Assembly: GCA_037379345.1 (NCBI GenBank)
Contig: CM074517.1
Location: 1,426,001 to 1,490,000, forward strand
Origin: Perna viridis
Taxonomy: Eukaryota
DNA: 64,000 nt
Direction: 5' to 3'
The stretch's first letter is position 1, and the number at the start of each line of letters is the position of its first letter. Positions 1-10,549 of the stretch are shown here, in pieces. The notes below the pieces were generated by a model. The model saw only the letters and a list, made by a program, of their open reading frames with translations. It did not search any database and was not told the origin of the DNA. The position numbers were made by a program, and so were the translations under genes.

Positions 1-115
1 TCTCTTCTTTGGAGAGTGTGGTAGCAGTAAAGAAAAAAGAAGTAGGGAAAAAATGAAATTCCTTTTGAGTGGGTGAAAGCAGTACGGTCAATGATTCAAT
101 AACATCGTCTTCAAC

Positions 116-268
116 GGTGGACCCAGAGGGAGTGCATGGGGTTGAAAAATTTGTCATTTTCATTTGTTAAATTAACAAAAAAATGGCAAATAATGTCCTA
201 GCAGCCCTCTTTTTCTGGGAAATCCCGACTGGCACCCCTCTTTTTTAAAGCGTCTGGATCCGCCCCTG
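116..268. mobile_element. Degenerate short MITE-like element with GGCGGATCCAGA-type termini
   Basis: GGTGGACCCAGA at 116 and TCTGGATCCGCCCCTG at 253-268 form imperfect inverted termini about 150 bp apart. Confidence 0.35.
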
Positions 269-499
269 CATGGTCTTTATATGTAAAAGTCATTACATTA
301 ATAGATCGATGAAGGATATACATATGCAACACTTTCGATGGACAAAATTGTAATCATACAAATCCGTGTTATCTTAATTATTTTGGTGTTTTCACGAAAG
401 GTAAGGAGTGTAAACCCCCTTTTTGTGCTTAGTATCAAAATTTTCTCAAGTCTCCACAAAACCTGCTTCATGCTGGGTCTGCTAAGTGCACAAGTCAAC

Positions 500-915
500 A
501 TATCTCTTCTTTGCTAAATTCTTCCATTTAACAACTCTGAAAAAAGCTCCCCGAAGTTATCCATGCTATACGTTTAAAAGAAGTGATGTTAATCAGATAT
601 GGTAAAACAATTTTTTTAAATATCCAAAGCGACTTTATGTTTCAAGTTACAAAGGACTACAAAAGTAACTTGTCATAAGCCAAGAAAACCTTCCTTTTTG
701 AAAAAAATAATTCTGAATCAAACATGTTTACGTATGGTGAAATCATTTATAGTCCGTTGAACTTTTTTGATTGAAAATATATTGATACAGCTTAGTAGCT
801 GGGTGTTTCAACAGAAGTAGCCATTCAGATGGACACTAATTGTGCACAATTTATTGCTAATCTCATAGTTAAGAACACCACAGACACATTGAAGTCTGCC
901 TCTTGTCATGACCTG
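500..915 (+). pseudogene. Highly decayed Penelope-like element (PLE) reverse transcriptase fragment
   Basis: Across frameshifts it reads roughly FLIENILIQL..VFQQK..IQMDTNCAQFIANL and VKNTTDTLKSAS. These resemble the PLE RT motifs FLIDNIFV..VFQQ..GIPMGTNCAPLLADL and IKDTT...KSASYLD; the latter is intact at 26.6 kb. Confidence 0.55.
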
Positions 916-1399
916 TATTCACAAAATCGGTAGGATTTCTGTAGTGAAAGAAGAAGGGCCATGCAGAGTTCTCATAAAGAATAAGAAGATATTGCTGCCC
1001 TTATTCGCTAACAGTTCTGACTTTACATCATGATGTGATATATTTCTGGGAATGTTTGTTTATACCTTATTTCACCCTTGTTTAATTAATTGATCGACAG
1101 ACTATTCGTTTTTTTTCCAGACATTAATGCTAAATATATCTTGTACAAAAACCTTAACATATTAATAACAATTTGAAATGATTAAACTTACCTTGAATGA
1201 TAATGCTAAGGCAAGTTTATATTAAAGCCACGAGTTTCTCTACCGCTGCCTAGGGAAGTGTTGGGGCCTAAAATGATATGTTCGATGGGATCATTATGAT
1301 TTATAGTGACATTTTACATTATTGGTAGGAAAAAATGTTAAATTTATGGGTCCGACGCGAAGGAAACGACGAGCAAAGTGTACTCAAACCCCACCAAAC

Positions 1400-2689
1400 A
1401 TGGCTGCGCCCAGTCAACTCACGAACAACAATGTCTTACCCGAACTTTCACAAGTTATCGCTAGGGTGAATGAATCTATTGACGGTATGAATAATATGCA
1501 CAGTTTGAATAGCAGAAATATGAACTTTATTATACCAGAAAACCTGCACAGTACTACTATTACGAACAATCCAAATTTACTTAATTTCCAACCTCATATG
1601 CCCTTTCCAAATCATCAACACTTAGGATGGCGATGCCACAACTTATGTCACAACCTGTACCAGGCCTATGTACCACATTACCGGTATTACATACAAATAC
1701 CATCTCTGAACCCAACAATGCTCCATCAACCATTCAAGAAGATCTCGCACAATTTCAAATGCTGATAAACACTGTCAATCAAATGAATATGCAACTTGCA
1801 AAACTTGACAGACTCGATGAAATATGTACAAAAATGAATGAGATGGAGAAACACTTTTGCAAATTAGAAAATGAAGTTCTTGACATAAGAAACGACTTAA
1901 AGGAGCAACCTAAAAGAAGTAATGACGAAGATTTTCACTATAGTATTGTTGAGGACAGGGTTTCTAAGATGGAAAATGAAAATGAATCGCTAAAGTTTGA
2001 AAATCACCAGTTGAAGGGAGAATTGCTTAATTTTAGAACATATTTCATGAAGTACAATCTCATATTTGTTGGCATACCTGAAAGTGAGAACAGAGATTTG
2101 GAAAACTGAAAATGTTCTTCAAAAATTCATAAATGAAAAACTAGGTATAACTGGTGACATAGAATTCCAAAATGTACATAGACTCCGCCAAAGGGATAAC
2201 AAACGTAGAAACATGATTGGTAAATTTGTAAAATACTCAGATCATCATAGGGTATTAGATGAAGCTAAGGCAAAATTCTCGGATCGAGGATGTCCCTTTT
2301 CGGTCTTTCAGCAATTTCCGATTGAAATTAGTAATCGCAGGAAGGAATTGCTGCCGAAAATGCACACTCTAAGACGTCAAGGGTACAGAAATGCTAGGGT
2401 TGTGATAGACAAGTTATACGTCGGCAATCAGTTGGTCAATCATGCAGATGTACCAACCGAAGAACCTCAGCCGCAAAGTGGTTTTGGTGCTGGACCTGAC
2501 TTCAAGCCTAATAAAGGACCTCAGTTCCGTACGCCTGTTCCCCAACAGCAAAGGCCACAATTCGTCACACAAGGCCCACAGTTCCGCCCTCATGTACCAC
2601 AATTTCGTCCACAGGTACCAGAGTTTGCATCGCCGACAGGATTTCGACCCGAAGGACCGAATCATGACTGTCAAACTAACAATAGCTAG
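1400..2689 (+). pseudogene. LINE-A ORF1 (coiled coil + L1-type RRM/CTD), frameshifted
   Basis: Start AACATGGCTGCGCCC (MAAPS). Heptad-rich coiled coil, then NLIFVGIPE, FQNVHRL, QQFPIEISNRRKEL and VIDKLYV motifs spread over three overlapping frames. Confidence 0.8.
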
Positions 2690-2749
2690 GGATTCCGTAA
2701 CAGGAGTCGATCTAATTCGTCGGAAAACAGAAATCTAGTAGGAGAAACT

Positions 2750-3146
2750 AATGATTTATCATGTGTATGTATTAACGTTTGTGGTATACGAAGTAAACTG
2801 CTTGATCCAGAGTTTCAAGAATTGATGTTATCTAATGACTTGTTAATTTTTTTAGAATCTAAAACTAATGAAAATGATATTTTGTCTTTGCCAAAAGGGT
2901 ATAGATCTCACTGTAAACATAGATATAAATCTAATAAGAGATCTGGAGGCATTGTTATTGTTTTCAAAGACAATTCAGATTCTTTTTTCAAAATTTCCAA
3001 AGTCAGAGTCGGAGTTTGTCAAGTGGGTGGTTATTGATAAATCATGCTTTAGTATTGAGGAAAATCTTTTATTGGTCTGTGTCTATATACCACCTGAAAA
3101 TACCAGATACACTAGTAACGATGCCTCCAACGAAATTGAAAAATAG
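2750..3146 (+). pseudogene. LINE-A ORF2 APE endonuclease, N-terminal part
   Basis: Motifs CINVCGIRSK, DLLIFLESKT, RSGGIVI and VCVYIPPE. Confidence 0.8.
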
Positions 3147-3373
3147 ATTCATTCATTCATTCATTCTTTAATTCCTCAAAATAGAGATTACATGAATTGC
3201 AATTACACAATTACAAATTAATTAAGACACAAATAGGAATTATTAAATAATAATAATAAGGAATTGTATTACTAATTCGTATCTATATACAAGTAAAGTG
3301 AGCAAGATATGTTCGTGTACTGGTGACATTACATGCATTAGCTACAAAAATGTATTGCAACAACGTAAGCATC

Positions 3374-5859
3374 TTAAATATTCCCTGTTGACTTTACAAT
3401 ATGGATGTAGCAGAGTCGTCTGAATTCATCTATATCGGAATCACAGAGTTCAGTAGAACTTTTTCTACCGAGGAGAATTCGGACAAGCGATTCATCATCA
3501 TACTCGCTTAGTTCTACGTACAACTCTAGAGGAAAATGTTTAATTATAAGGTCCATCCAAACATGAAACAACTCTGAAGTACTTGTACAGTTTTGGGTAA
3601 CATGGACAAGCATATCGGTGAATATTTGATCACATAATTTACATGATTGTTCGATTAGGTTTGGTATAGAGGAAATATATTTAGCAATAATGTGAGCGGT
3701 ACGCAAATCAAAGCAGTTTGTAGGGTACTTCCAGATGTCAGCAACAGCAATGGAATTGTGGATTTCTCTGAATCGACTAAAGCAACTATGCGAGTCTATA
3801 CGTGTTTTCCAGTCATTATCATGTTTTGTATGAACGCATTTACCACCATGTGTTTCCATCGTAATTTACCAAGAAAGTCACCGTCTCTGATAAAGATCGC
3901 AAGGGATTCGTACAGGTTATATTTGATTAAGATATCTAAAATATCAGGGATAAAGCCTATGCGATTTCGATTGTCTGTTAGGCATGTAAAAAGTCTGTGT
4001 AGGAAGATGGTTTTCGCCAAGCAGCTATTATCCAACCTGCAAAGTTTGCCGAAGAAATAAAGTTTTTTTTATTTCTCTTGTTATGCTGCGTAACCCAACC
4101 ATACTTTAGCAAATGTCCGATCGTGTGAGTGTGCTGAACTTTTGTGCATGTTTGGTGTTTGTTTGTTTGTTGGGGTTTGACTTAGGCTTGCCACCACCTT
4201 TAAATAACGGAACCAAAAGACCCTTTGGCCAATCACTGGGTACTTCACATTTAGATATCATGGTATTTAGAAAAAAAACTGTGATGCATTCAACAATTAG
4301 TTTCGGTCCGCCAAAAATTAAATGTTCATTTTGAACCAAGTCATTTCCACTAGCTTTTCTACGTTTTAATTGTTTGATAACCGCCGCAACATCTTCGTCT
4401 GTTATGATACCACCGGGTAAGTATTGTTCTTTAACAACGTCACACACAGTTTCAATGTCGTCATACATTTTATTCACTTCACGGAATGTTGATTCGTCAA
4501 ACATAGAAGTATCGGACGGTGTATATAAGTCTTTGAAGTAACTAGCAAACGCATTACAAACCGATTCGGGGGTATTATGAACAGTGTTATTAAATTTTAT
4601 CTCATGGCACACCTTTGACTGTTTGGTTTCTGTCGCTTTATAAGTTTCCAAAACAACTTTATATCACATTCAGCTGCATTGTTTATATCATCGTATGTCT
4701 CTTCCATATATTGATCATGAGCAAGTTGCTGTATATTCCTAAAATTACGTTTTGCTCGTTTATAATTAATAAAGTAAGACGGATATTGCATACCCCTTGG
4801 TCTACCATCCTGCAACCATATTTTACGCATTTCACGTTCTTTACGATGCGCTGTTTTAACGTCTGCATTCTAATACGGCTTCGTATATGGATTGAATGTG
4901 TTACATGGTATTGATTCTTTTGCCGCATCAAGTATCGTAGTCACCAAATCCGAATAAAAGGAATCTATATCTTTGTCGTTGTGTTGAAGATCGTGTATAA
5001 GTCTATTTAACGGTTCACAAAGACTGTCTTGGTATTTACGCACATGCTGATCGGTGACATTGTGCCACGATGGCAACTTCGAACATTTGTTTGACTCAAT
5101 ATGAATATTTTCTTCTAGCACAACGGATGCAATAACGGGCAGATGATCCGATGTCGAACTTAACGTTCCTTCTTCGAGAATTTCGTATTGTCTTAATTGT
5201 CTGACTAGCGTCTCTTCAAGTAAAATGTAGTCTAACAAGGTGTTCTTTAAGGGAAATGTAAAGTCTGGACCTTTCCGCAAAGCTTTAAAGGAATCAGTAA
5301 ATGGGTGATATAGAAAATGTCTTTTTACGAAATTTTGTAGTTCTTTTGATTTTACTGTGTTTGTAAGATTCATGTGTTTACTGATGCAACTAGCGTTTAA
5401 GTCTCCTGCAACAATAATTTTACCATAATTAGTGTAAAACGAACACAGGTCATCAAGGGCATTTAGCTCTTGCCTATATTTATCAACTGAACTATATGCA
5501 GGTAAGTACACGCCAAAAATAAAAATTGATCTAGAATTTTTGCATATCACTTCAATACCTACAATTCTATCAGAGTTTGTATCTAAAATTTCTTCAACTG
5601 AGAATTGTAAAGTAGATTTATACATTAAAGAGATACCAACTTTTCCATGTGTATAGTAGTATGGTTTATGTAGCTTGTAAGTTTTTGATATACTACGATA
5701 TCTTTTATCGATACTTTCCATATACGAAAGAAAGTTTGGTTTAAGTTTATGCTCACACATAATTGCAATATCACAATTGGTATGATTAAGTAAATTTGCC
5801 AAGCACACAGTAGATGACATTATACCTCTCACATTCCATGTTAATATGTTAAGGCTCAT
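3374..5859 (-). pseudogene. LINE-B ORF2 (APE endonuclease, linker, RT start, C-terminal CCHC), frameshifted with internal deletion
   Basis: MSLNILTWNVRG, CEHKL, GVYLP, AGDLNA, LDYI and SDHLP motifs. KASGNDLVQNEHL..W.KGLLVPLFKGG then jumps directly to post-RT sequence. Confidence 0.85.
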
Positions 5860-5937
5860 TATAGCAAAAGCAATAAAACAAATATTAAAAATAAACATTA
5901 TGAACAACATGGGGACTAGTTTATTGTATATAACCGA

Positions 5938-7556
5938 CTAATTTTCTGGACTTTCGCTCCATTTCTGTTGCCAGTCGCGGTTGCTTAACCATCTTCTACA
6001 TCGTACAACGGACGGCCAATGAGTATTGTTTTCAATAATGTCATCGCAATCTTCTGATACGTTCAATTTTGCGGAAATACGAGACGATCCATATTTGCCA
6101 TAGAAGAGTTGTAAAAATGTAGGTTTTACTCCTTTTAATTCGAGAAATCGTAGAATACCAGACCTCGTGGACTTATTGTCAATTCCAGATAAATAGAACC
6201 TTGCCGAACGTTTTCTGGGAAACACACGAACGAATACATCAGAGTTGGTCGGTTTTGTTTCCTCGGTATTTCCATGCACACGAACAGGAATTCTAAAATT
6301 TACTTGGTCTTTATTCGTATCAGTTATATTTATATTGTTAGATTCGGAGTTTAACAAAGTTTTTTAACACCACTTGATTCTGATGGTAGCATGTCATCGC
6401 TATAACTAAAAACTCGATTCGTACCGTTACTTTCGCCGGAAGATATTCTTGTGTCTAGCTGTTTATTGATCTGCGGCGAAACTGTACTCACTTTTTCGTG
6501 TGAATTTGCCGACGTGTTTTTGACATTTAAATCCGTAGGGGCTCGCTCCGTGGACAACTTCGAAGCATAAGACGGCTTGTGCAATACTTTTAACTCGTTT
6601 CATGTTTTTTTCATCATAGCTTGTAGCTTGACATGTCTATCCAGATCTGAGTTCATAAGATCTATGTCCGTTTTAAATTTGTTCAAGTCAAAATCATCCA
6701 GTGGTTTGATTTGTTGTGAGATTAATTTAAATTTAGTGTCATTTTGTATTGACTTACTTTCACATTCACTCAAATGTGTATTGAATCAATCTTTTAGATC
6801 GCACAATTCTGAACGTAGCTTACTGTTTAACAACAATAGATTCTTAATTGTTTTTTCTTTCAATTGCTCGGATTTTTCTAGTTCAGACACTCTTTCCAAA
6901 AGAGCATGTAAACTAACACGCATCTCGATAATTTCAGTATTAAGGGACTCGCTAAAAGTTTCGGTAACAATGGATTTACTGTGACCATCGTCTTTTCTGA
7001 AAACGTCTTCAATTTGAGTTTTATCGCCTTGCAGAAACATATATAATATATGACAATCTCTAGCATACTTTGTTAATGAAGAGCTTTTTGTAGTCGTTTT
7101 TCTTGTAAATAATTTCCCCGTGGGACACCCTTGTAATGATTTTGGTCGACTAGCAAGCGAACTGCGATACCATGTAAGGCAATCTTCCGAATTATTTGTT
7201 AGTTCAATAAGTTTTATTATGTATACATCTTTTGGGAGATCTGCAAGATCCCAATCTAGTTTTGTAATGAATTCTTGTTGAGGAACATAATCGCTTTGAA
7301 AAGTTTGGTTTAAGGTAGAGTTGAGTTCACCGTGGCCATTGTTTACCTTTCGTTGACTTGGGGTACTAATTTCGGTGAAAACTCTGATAAAGTCAGTGTT
7401 TTGGGGTGGATACTCTCCTAAGGTTCCATTTAACTAAGAACTATCAATAACGCTCTGATCCATGGGAAGAACAGGCGATGAATCCATAAATACATCCATA
7501 GTTTGACTGATTTCAACACCCGGGCAAATAACATGTCCACCACTATCGGTAGCCAT
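5938..7556 (-). pseudogene. LINE-B ORF1 fragments
   Basis: Coiled-coil segment plus a C-terminal FYLSGID...SAKLNV...HWPSVVRCRRW motif typical of invertebrate LINE ORF1. Several stops and frameshifts. Confidence 0.7.
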
Positions 7557-7570
7557 CTTTTAACCCATCT

Positions 7571-8045
7571 TTTTTTATGTGTAATAAATTTGATTGTACA
7601 CCTGCACTTATTGGTGATTTGAATGCAAAAACCAAAATTTTGAGCGATGTTGTTATACCAGATGATAACCTTATTAATATACTGGATGAATTTAACGATG
7701 ATGAATTGTTGGCAAGTATGTATGTCTATCAAAATTCGGTTAATTATAAAATTCCATTAGAACGGTCATCGCATGATTTGTCAGTCCCTAACAATTTTGG
7801 ATATAAGATACAGAATTCTGTAAACACAATACTGTTTATATTGGCCACGGTAGATTATAAGTGACTTTAAAATTGGTCATACTACATGTAACAATGTGTC
7901 ATTAGTAGATTATTTCATTTTATCTTCTAAAATATTTCCTTTGATTAAAAACTTTTGTGTTATGGATTACAATCCGCTATACTCTGATGTTCACTGTGCC
8001 TTATGTTTTTAATTGTACGCATCGCTGAACAAGTTTACTACGAAT
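7571..8045 (+). pseudogene. LINE-A ORF2 APE endonuclease, continuation after the LINE-B insertion
   Basis: LIGDLNAKT, NNFG, SLVDYFILS and YSDVHC motifs continue the domain broken at 3150. Confidence 0.8.
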
Positions 8046-8057
8046 TTCATTGATAGT

Positions 8058-8577
8058 TTGTTTTTGTTTGTTTGTTGGGGTTTAACGTCCGAGCAGCAAT
8101 ATTTCAGCTATATTCAGACGATGAACATGAAATTGATGATAAAATGAACATGCAATGGTGGTGAAATGAAAAAGGGATGGGACACAAGGACAATGGGGTC
8201 GATAAATTTTGATTGCCACAGGGAATAGGGAGAGGTGGGTAGGGTCGGGCAATTTAGCCTCCTGTGGCGGAGCCCTATGGTTCCTACTCCGGGAGAATAC
8301 CACAGTATGGTTCTTTAACGTGCGAGGAACATGGCATCTTTCCCAACACGGTGCACCACTATGGTTTGCGGTCAGGTTTTCCGTATTATAGCCTGACAAC
8401 CCCAGCATGTAACACGCCAGGGGTACCCCATTCCACCACCTGGGGCACACATCCCAGTTGCTCTGTGGGCAGAGCGCCTAGCCCCCGGCTAGGTTTCTGA
8501 GCACCATTTAGTCGCCTTATACGACAAGCTTAGCGCTGCTGCAGGCCTATTCTTTTAACACCCGGACCTGCACGGGG
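8058..8577 (-). mobile_element. SINE-like non-autonomous retroelement, copy A (full length)
   Basis: Head CCCCGTGCAGGTCCGGG, core GCACGTTAAAGAACC, tail GCTGAAATATTGCTGCTCGGACGTTAAACCCC(AACA)n. Near-identical to copies B and C. Confidence 0.85.
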
Positions 8578-9479
8578 CGACAAATTTTGATTGCCACTGG
8601 AAAAAGGGGGGATGGGTAAGGTCGGGCAATTTAGCCTCCTGTGGCGGAGCCCCGTGCAGGTCCGGGTGTTAAAAGAATAGGCCTGCAGCAGTGCTAAGCT
8701 TGTCGTAAAAGGCGACTAAATAGTGCTCAGGACCTTAGCCGGGGGCTAGGGCGCTCTGCCCACAGAGCAACTGGGATGTGTGCCCCAGGTGGTGGAATGG
8801 GGTACCCCTGGCGTGTTACATGCTGGGGTTGTCAAGCTATAATACGGAAAACCTGACCGCAAACCATAGTGGTGCACCGTGTTGGGAAAGATGCCACGTT
8901 CCTCGCACGTTAAAGAACCCTGCTGTGGTATTCGATAGGAGTAGGAACCTTTGCGCTCCGCCACAGGAGGCTAAATTGCCCGACCTTACCCATCCCCCTC
9001 TTTCCAGTGGCAATCAAAATTTGTCGACCCTATTATCCTTCTGACCCATCCTTTTTTTTTTATTTCATGTTCATTTTATCATCCATTTCATGTTCATTGT
9101 CTGAATATAGCTGAAATATTGCTGCTCGGACGTTAAACCCCAACAAACAAACAAACAAACAAACCTGTGGCGGAGCGCAAAGGTTCCTACTATCGAATAC
9201 CACAGCAGGGTTCTTTAACGTGCGAGGAACGTGGCATCTTTCCCAACACGGTGCACCACTATGGTTTGCGGTCAGGTTTTCTGTATTATAGCCTGACAAC
9301 CCCAGCATGTAACACGCCAGGGGTACCCCATTCCACCACCTGGGGCACACATCCCAGTTGCTCTGTGGGCAGAGCGCCTAGCCCCCGGCTAGGTTTCTGA
9401 GCACTATTTTTAGTCGCCTTATACGACAAGCTTAGCGCTGCTGCAGGCCTATTCTTTTAACACCCGGACCTGCACGGGG
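8578..9479 (-). mobile_element. SINE-like element, copy C (split by B, lacks its own tail, abuts the head of A)
   Basis: Head at 9479; continues across B to 8578. A and C together are flanked by one 12-bp TSD, TTCATTGATAGT (8046-8057 and 9481-9492). Confidence 0.85.
8650..9163 (+). mobile_element. SINE-like element, copy B, inserted antisense into copy C
   Basis: Flanked by the 13-bp TSD CCTGTGGCGGAGC (8638-8650 and 9164-9176); ends in an (AAAC)n tail. Confidence 0.9.
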
Positions 9480-10081
9480 ATTCATTGATAGTAAAATCCC
9501 CACGCGCCGAGGGGGGATTCCGGAGAAGGAAAACCAGTTTGTCATATAAATGCAATAGTTGATGACGTCACTAAGCTGGATGGAATTGACTATCTTTTCA
9601 CAGAAAATCGATATGACACTTCAAGTGAAATTGTTAGCCTCGCGGTCGATAAAATTTGTGAACTGTTTCTTGATACATCTCAGAGCGTATTTTCCTTCCG
9701 TGCGAACAATCGTGCGAAGGGAACGCTAAATTGGTGAGGTTTGGTATACAAATTCTTGCCGGGTGAAAAGAAAGGCAAGAAAACGTTACAATCGCATTAA
9801 AATTTAATTAAAAAGAGATATTATGAAGACAGCTGCCAAAAAATATATAAATGAGATGTCTAGATGCTATGGGCAATTCCAGCATGAACTCGAATCAGAT
9901 CTGCTATAATGAAGCTAGCGAACAATTATATGGTCATATCTGATAACCAAAAAATCAAAGTAAACCATAACGTACCATCAAATTTTAATTGCTTTAAAAT
10001 CGACACTAACAATATTTCAATTCAATATGGAAAGGTTATCTATCTAAAAAAATTAACGACTTAACAAAAATCTAATAAAAA

Positions 10082-10545
10082 GCCAGTCGATCTAAGGTTT
10101 CTCAACTATAAAACAGGGGTGACCTGACTTGGACCCAATTTTAAGGGCCTTATTTGAAATAGTGCCAGGGGGTCATGGGGTATAGCGTTGTAGAGGCGAC
10201 CCGTACGCACCATTCTACTTCGGAAAAAGTGGGGTCAAGTTCAATTTAGTGAAGTGCCAGTCGACGGAAAATTTTCCAACTATAAAACAGGGGGGACCTA
10301 CTTGGACCCACTTTTAAGGGCCTTATTTGAAATAGAGCCAGGGGGTCATGGGGTATAGCGTTGTAGAGGAGACCCGTACGCACCATTCTACGTCGGAAAA
10401 AGTAGGGTCAAGTTCAATTTAGTGAAGTGCCAGTCGACGGAAAATTTTCCAACTATAAAACAGGGGGGACCTGACTTGGACCCAATTTTAAGGGCCTTAT
10501 TTGAAATAGAGCCAGGGGATCATGGGATATAGCGTTGTAAAGAAT
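10082..10545. repeat. Satellite-like tandem repeat, about 173-bp unit, about 2.6 copies
   Basis: CCAGTCGA recurs at about 10083, 10257 and 10430 with near-identical intervening sequence. Confidence 0.9.
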
Positions 10546-10549
10546 ACAT

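Larger units (their letters stand above)
3147..7569 (-). mobile_element. LINE-B: near full-span non-LTR retrotransposon (CR1/RTE-X-like, clade uncertain) nested in LINE-A; RT core deleted
   Basis: On the minus strand the 3' end is ATTAAA followed by a (GAAT)5 tail (3147-3172). ORF1 starts at AAGATGGCT (ATG 7556) and ORF2 at 5859. The C-terminus carries a CKLC-x9-H-x4-C knuckle. Confidence 0.88.
1340..9905 (+). mobile_element. LINE-A: non-LTR retrotransposon (CR1/L2-group-like), interrupted by LINE-B and a SINE cluster, 3'-truncated before RT
   Basis: ORF1, then an APE endonuclease split at about 3150/7570 (VYIPPENT...EIEK | MCNKFDCTPALIGDLNAKT...SLVDYFI...YSDVHC). Linker region (WYTNSCRVKRK..ARKRYNRIK) at 9.7-9.9 kb. 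Confidence 0.85.

Noticed and set aside
8082-9400. Duplicated ORFs MCPRWWNG... and MAE...
   Set aside because: Chance frames in three copies of a GC-rich non-coding element; no recognisable domain.
10082-10545. 173-bp tandem repeat as a hammerhead retrozyme or CRISPR array
   Set aside because: No CUGANGA/GAAA core found on either strand, no unique spacers, eukaryotic context.
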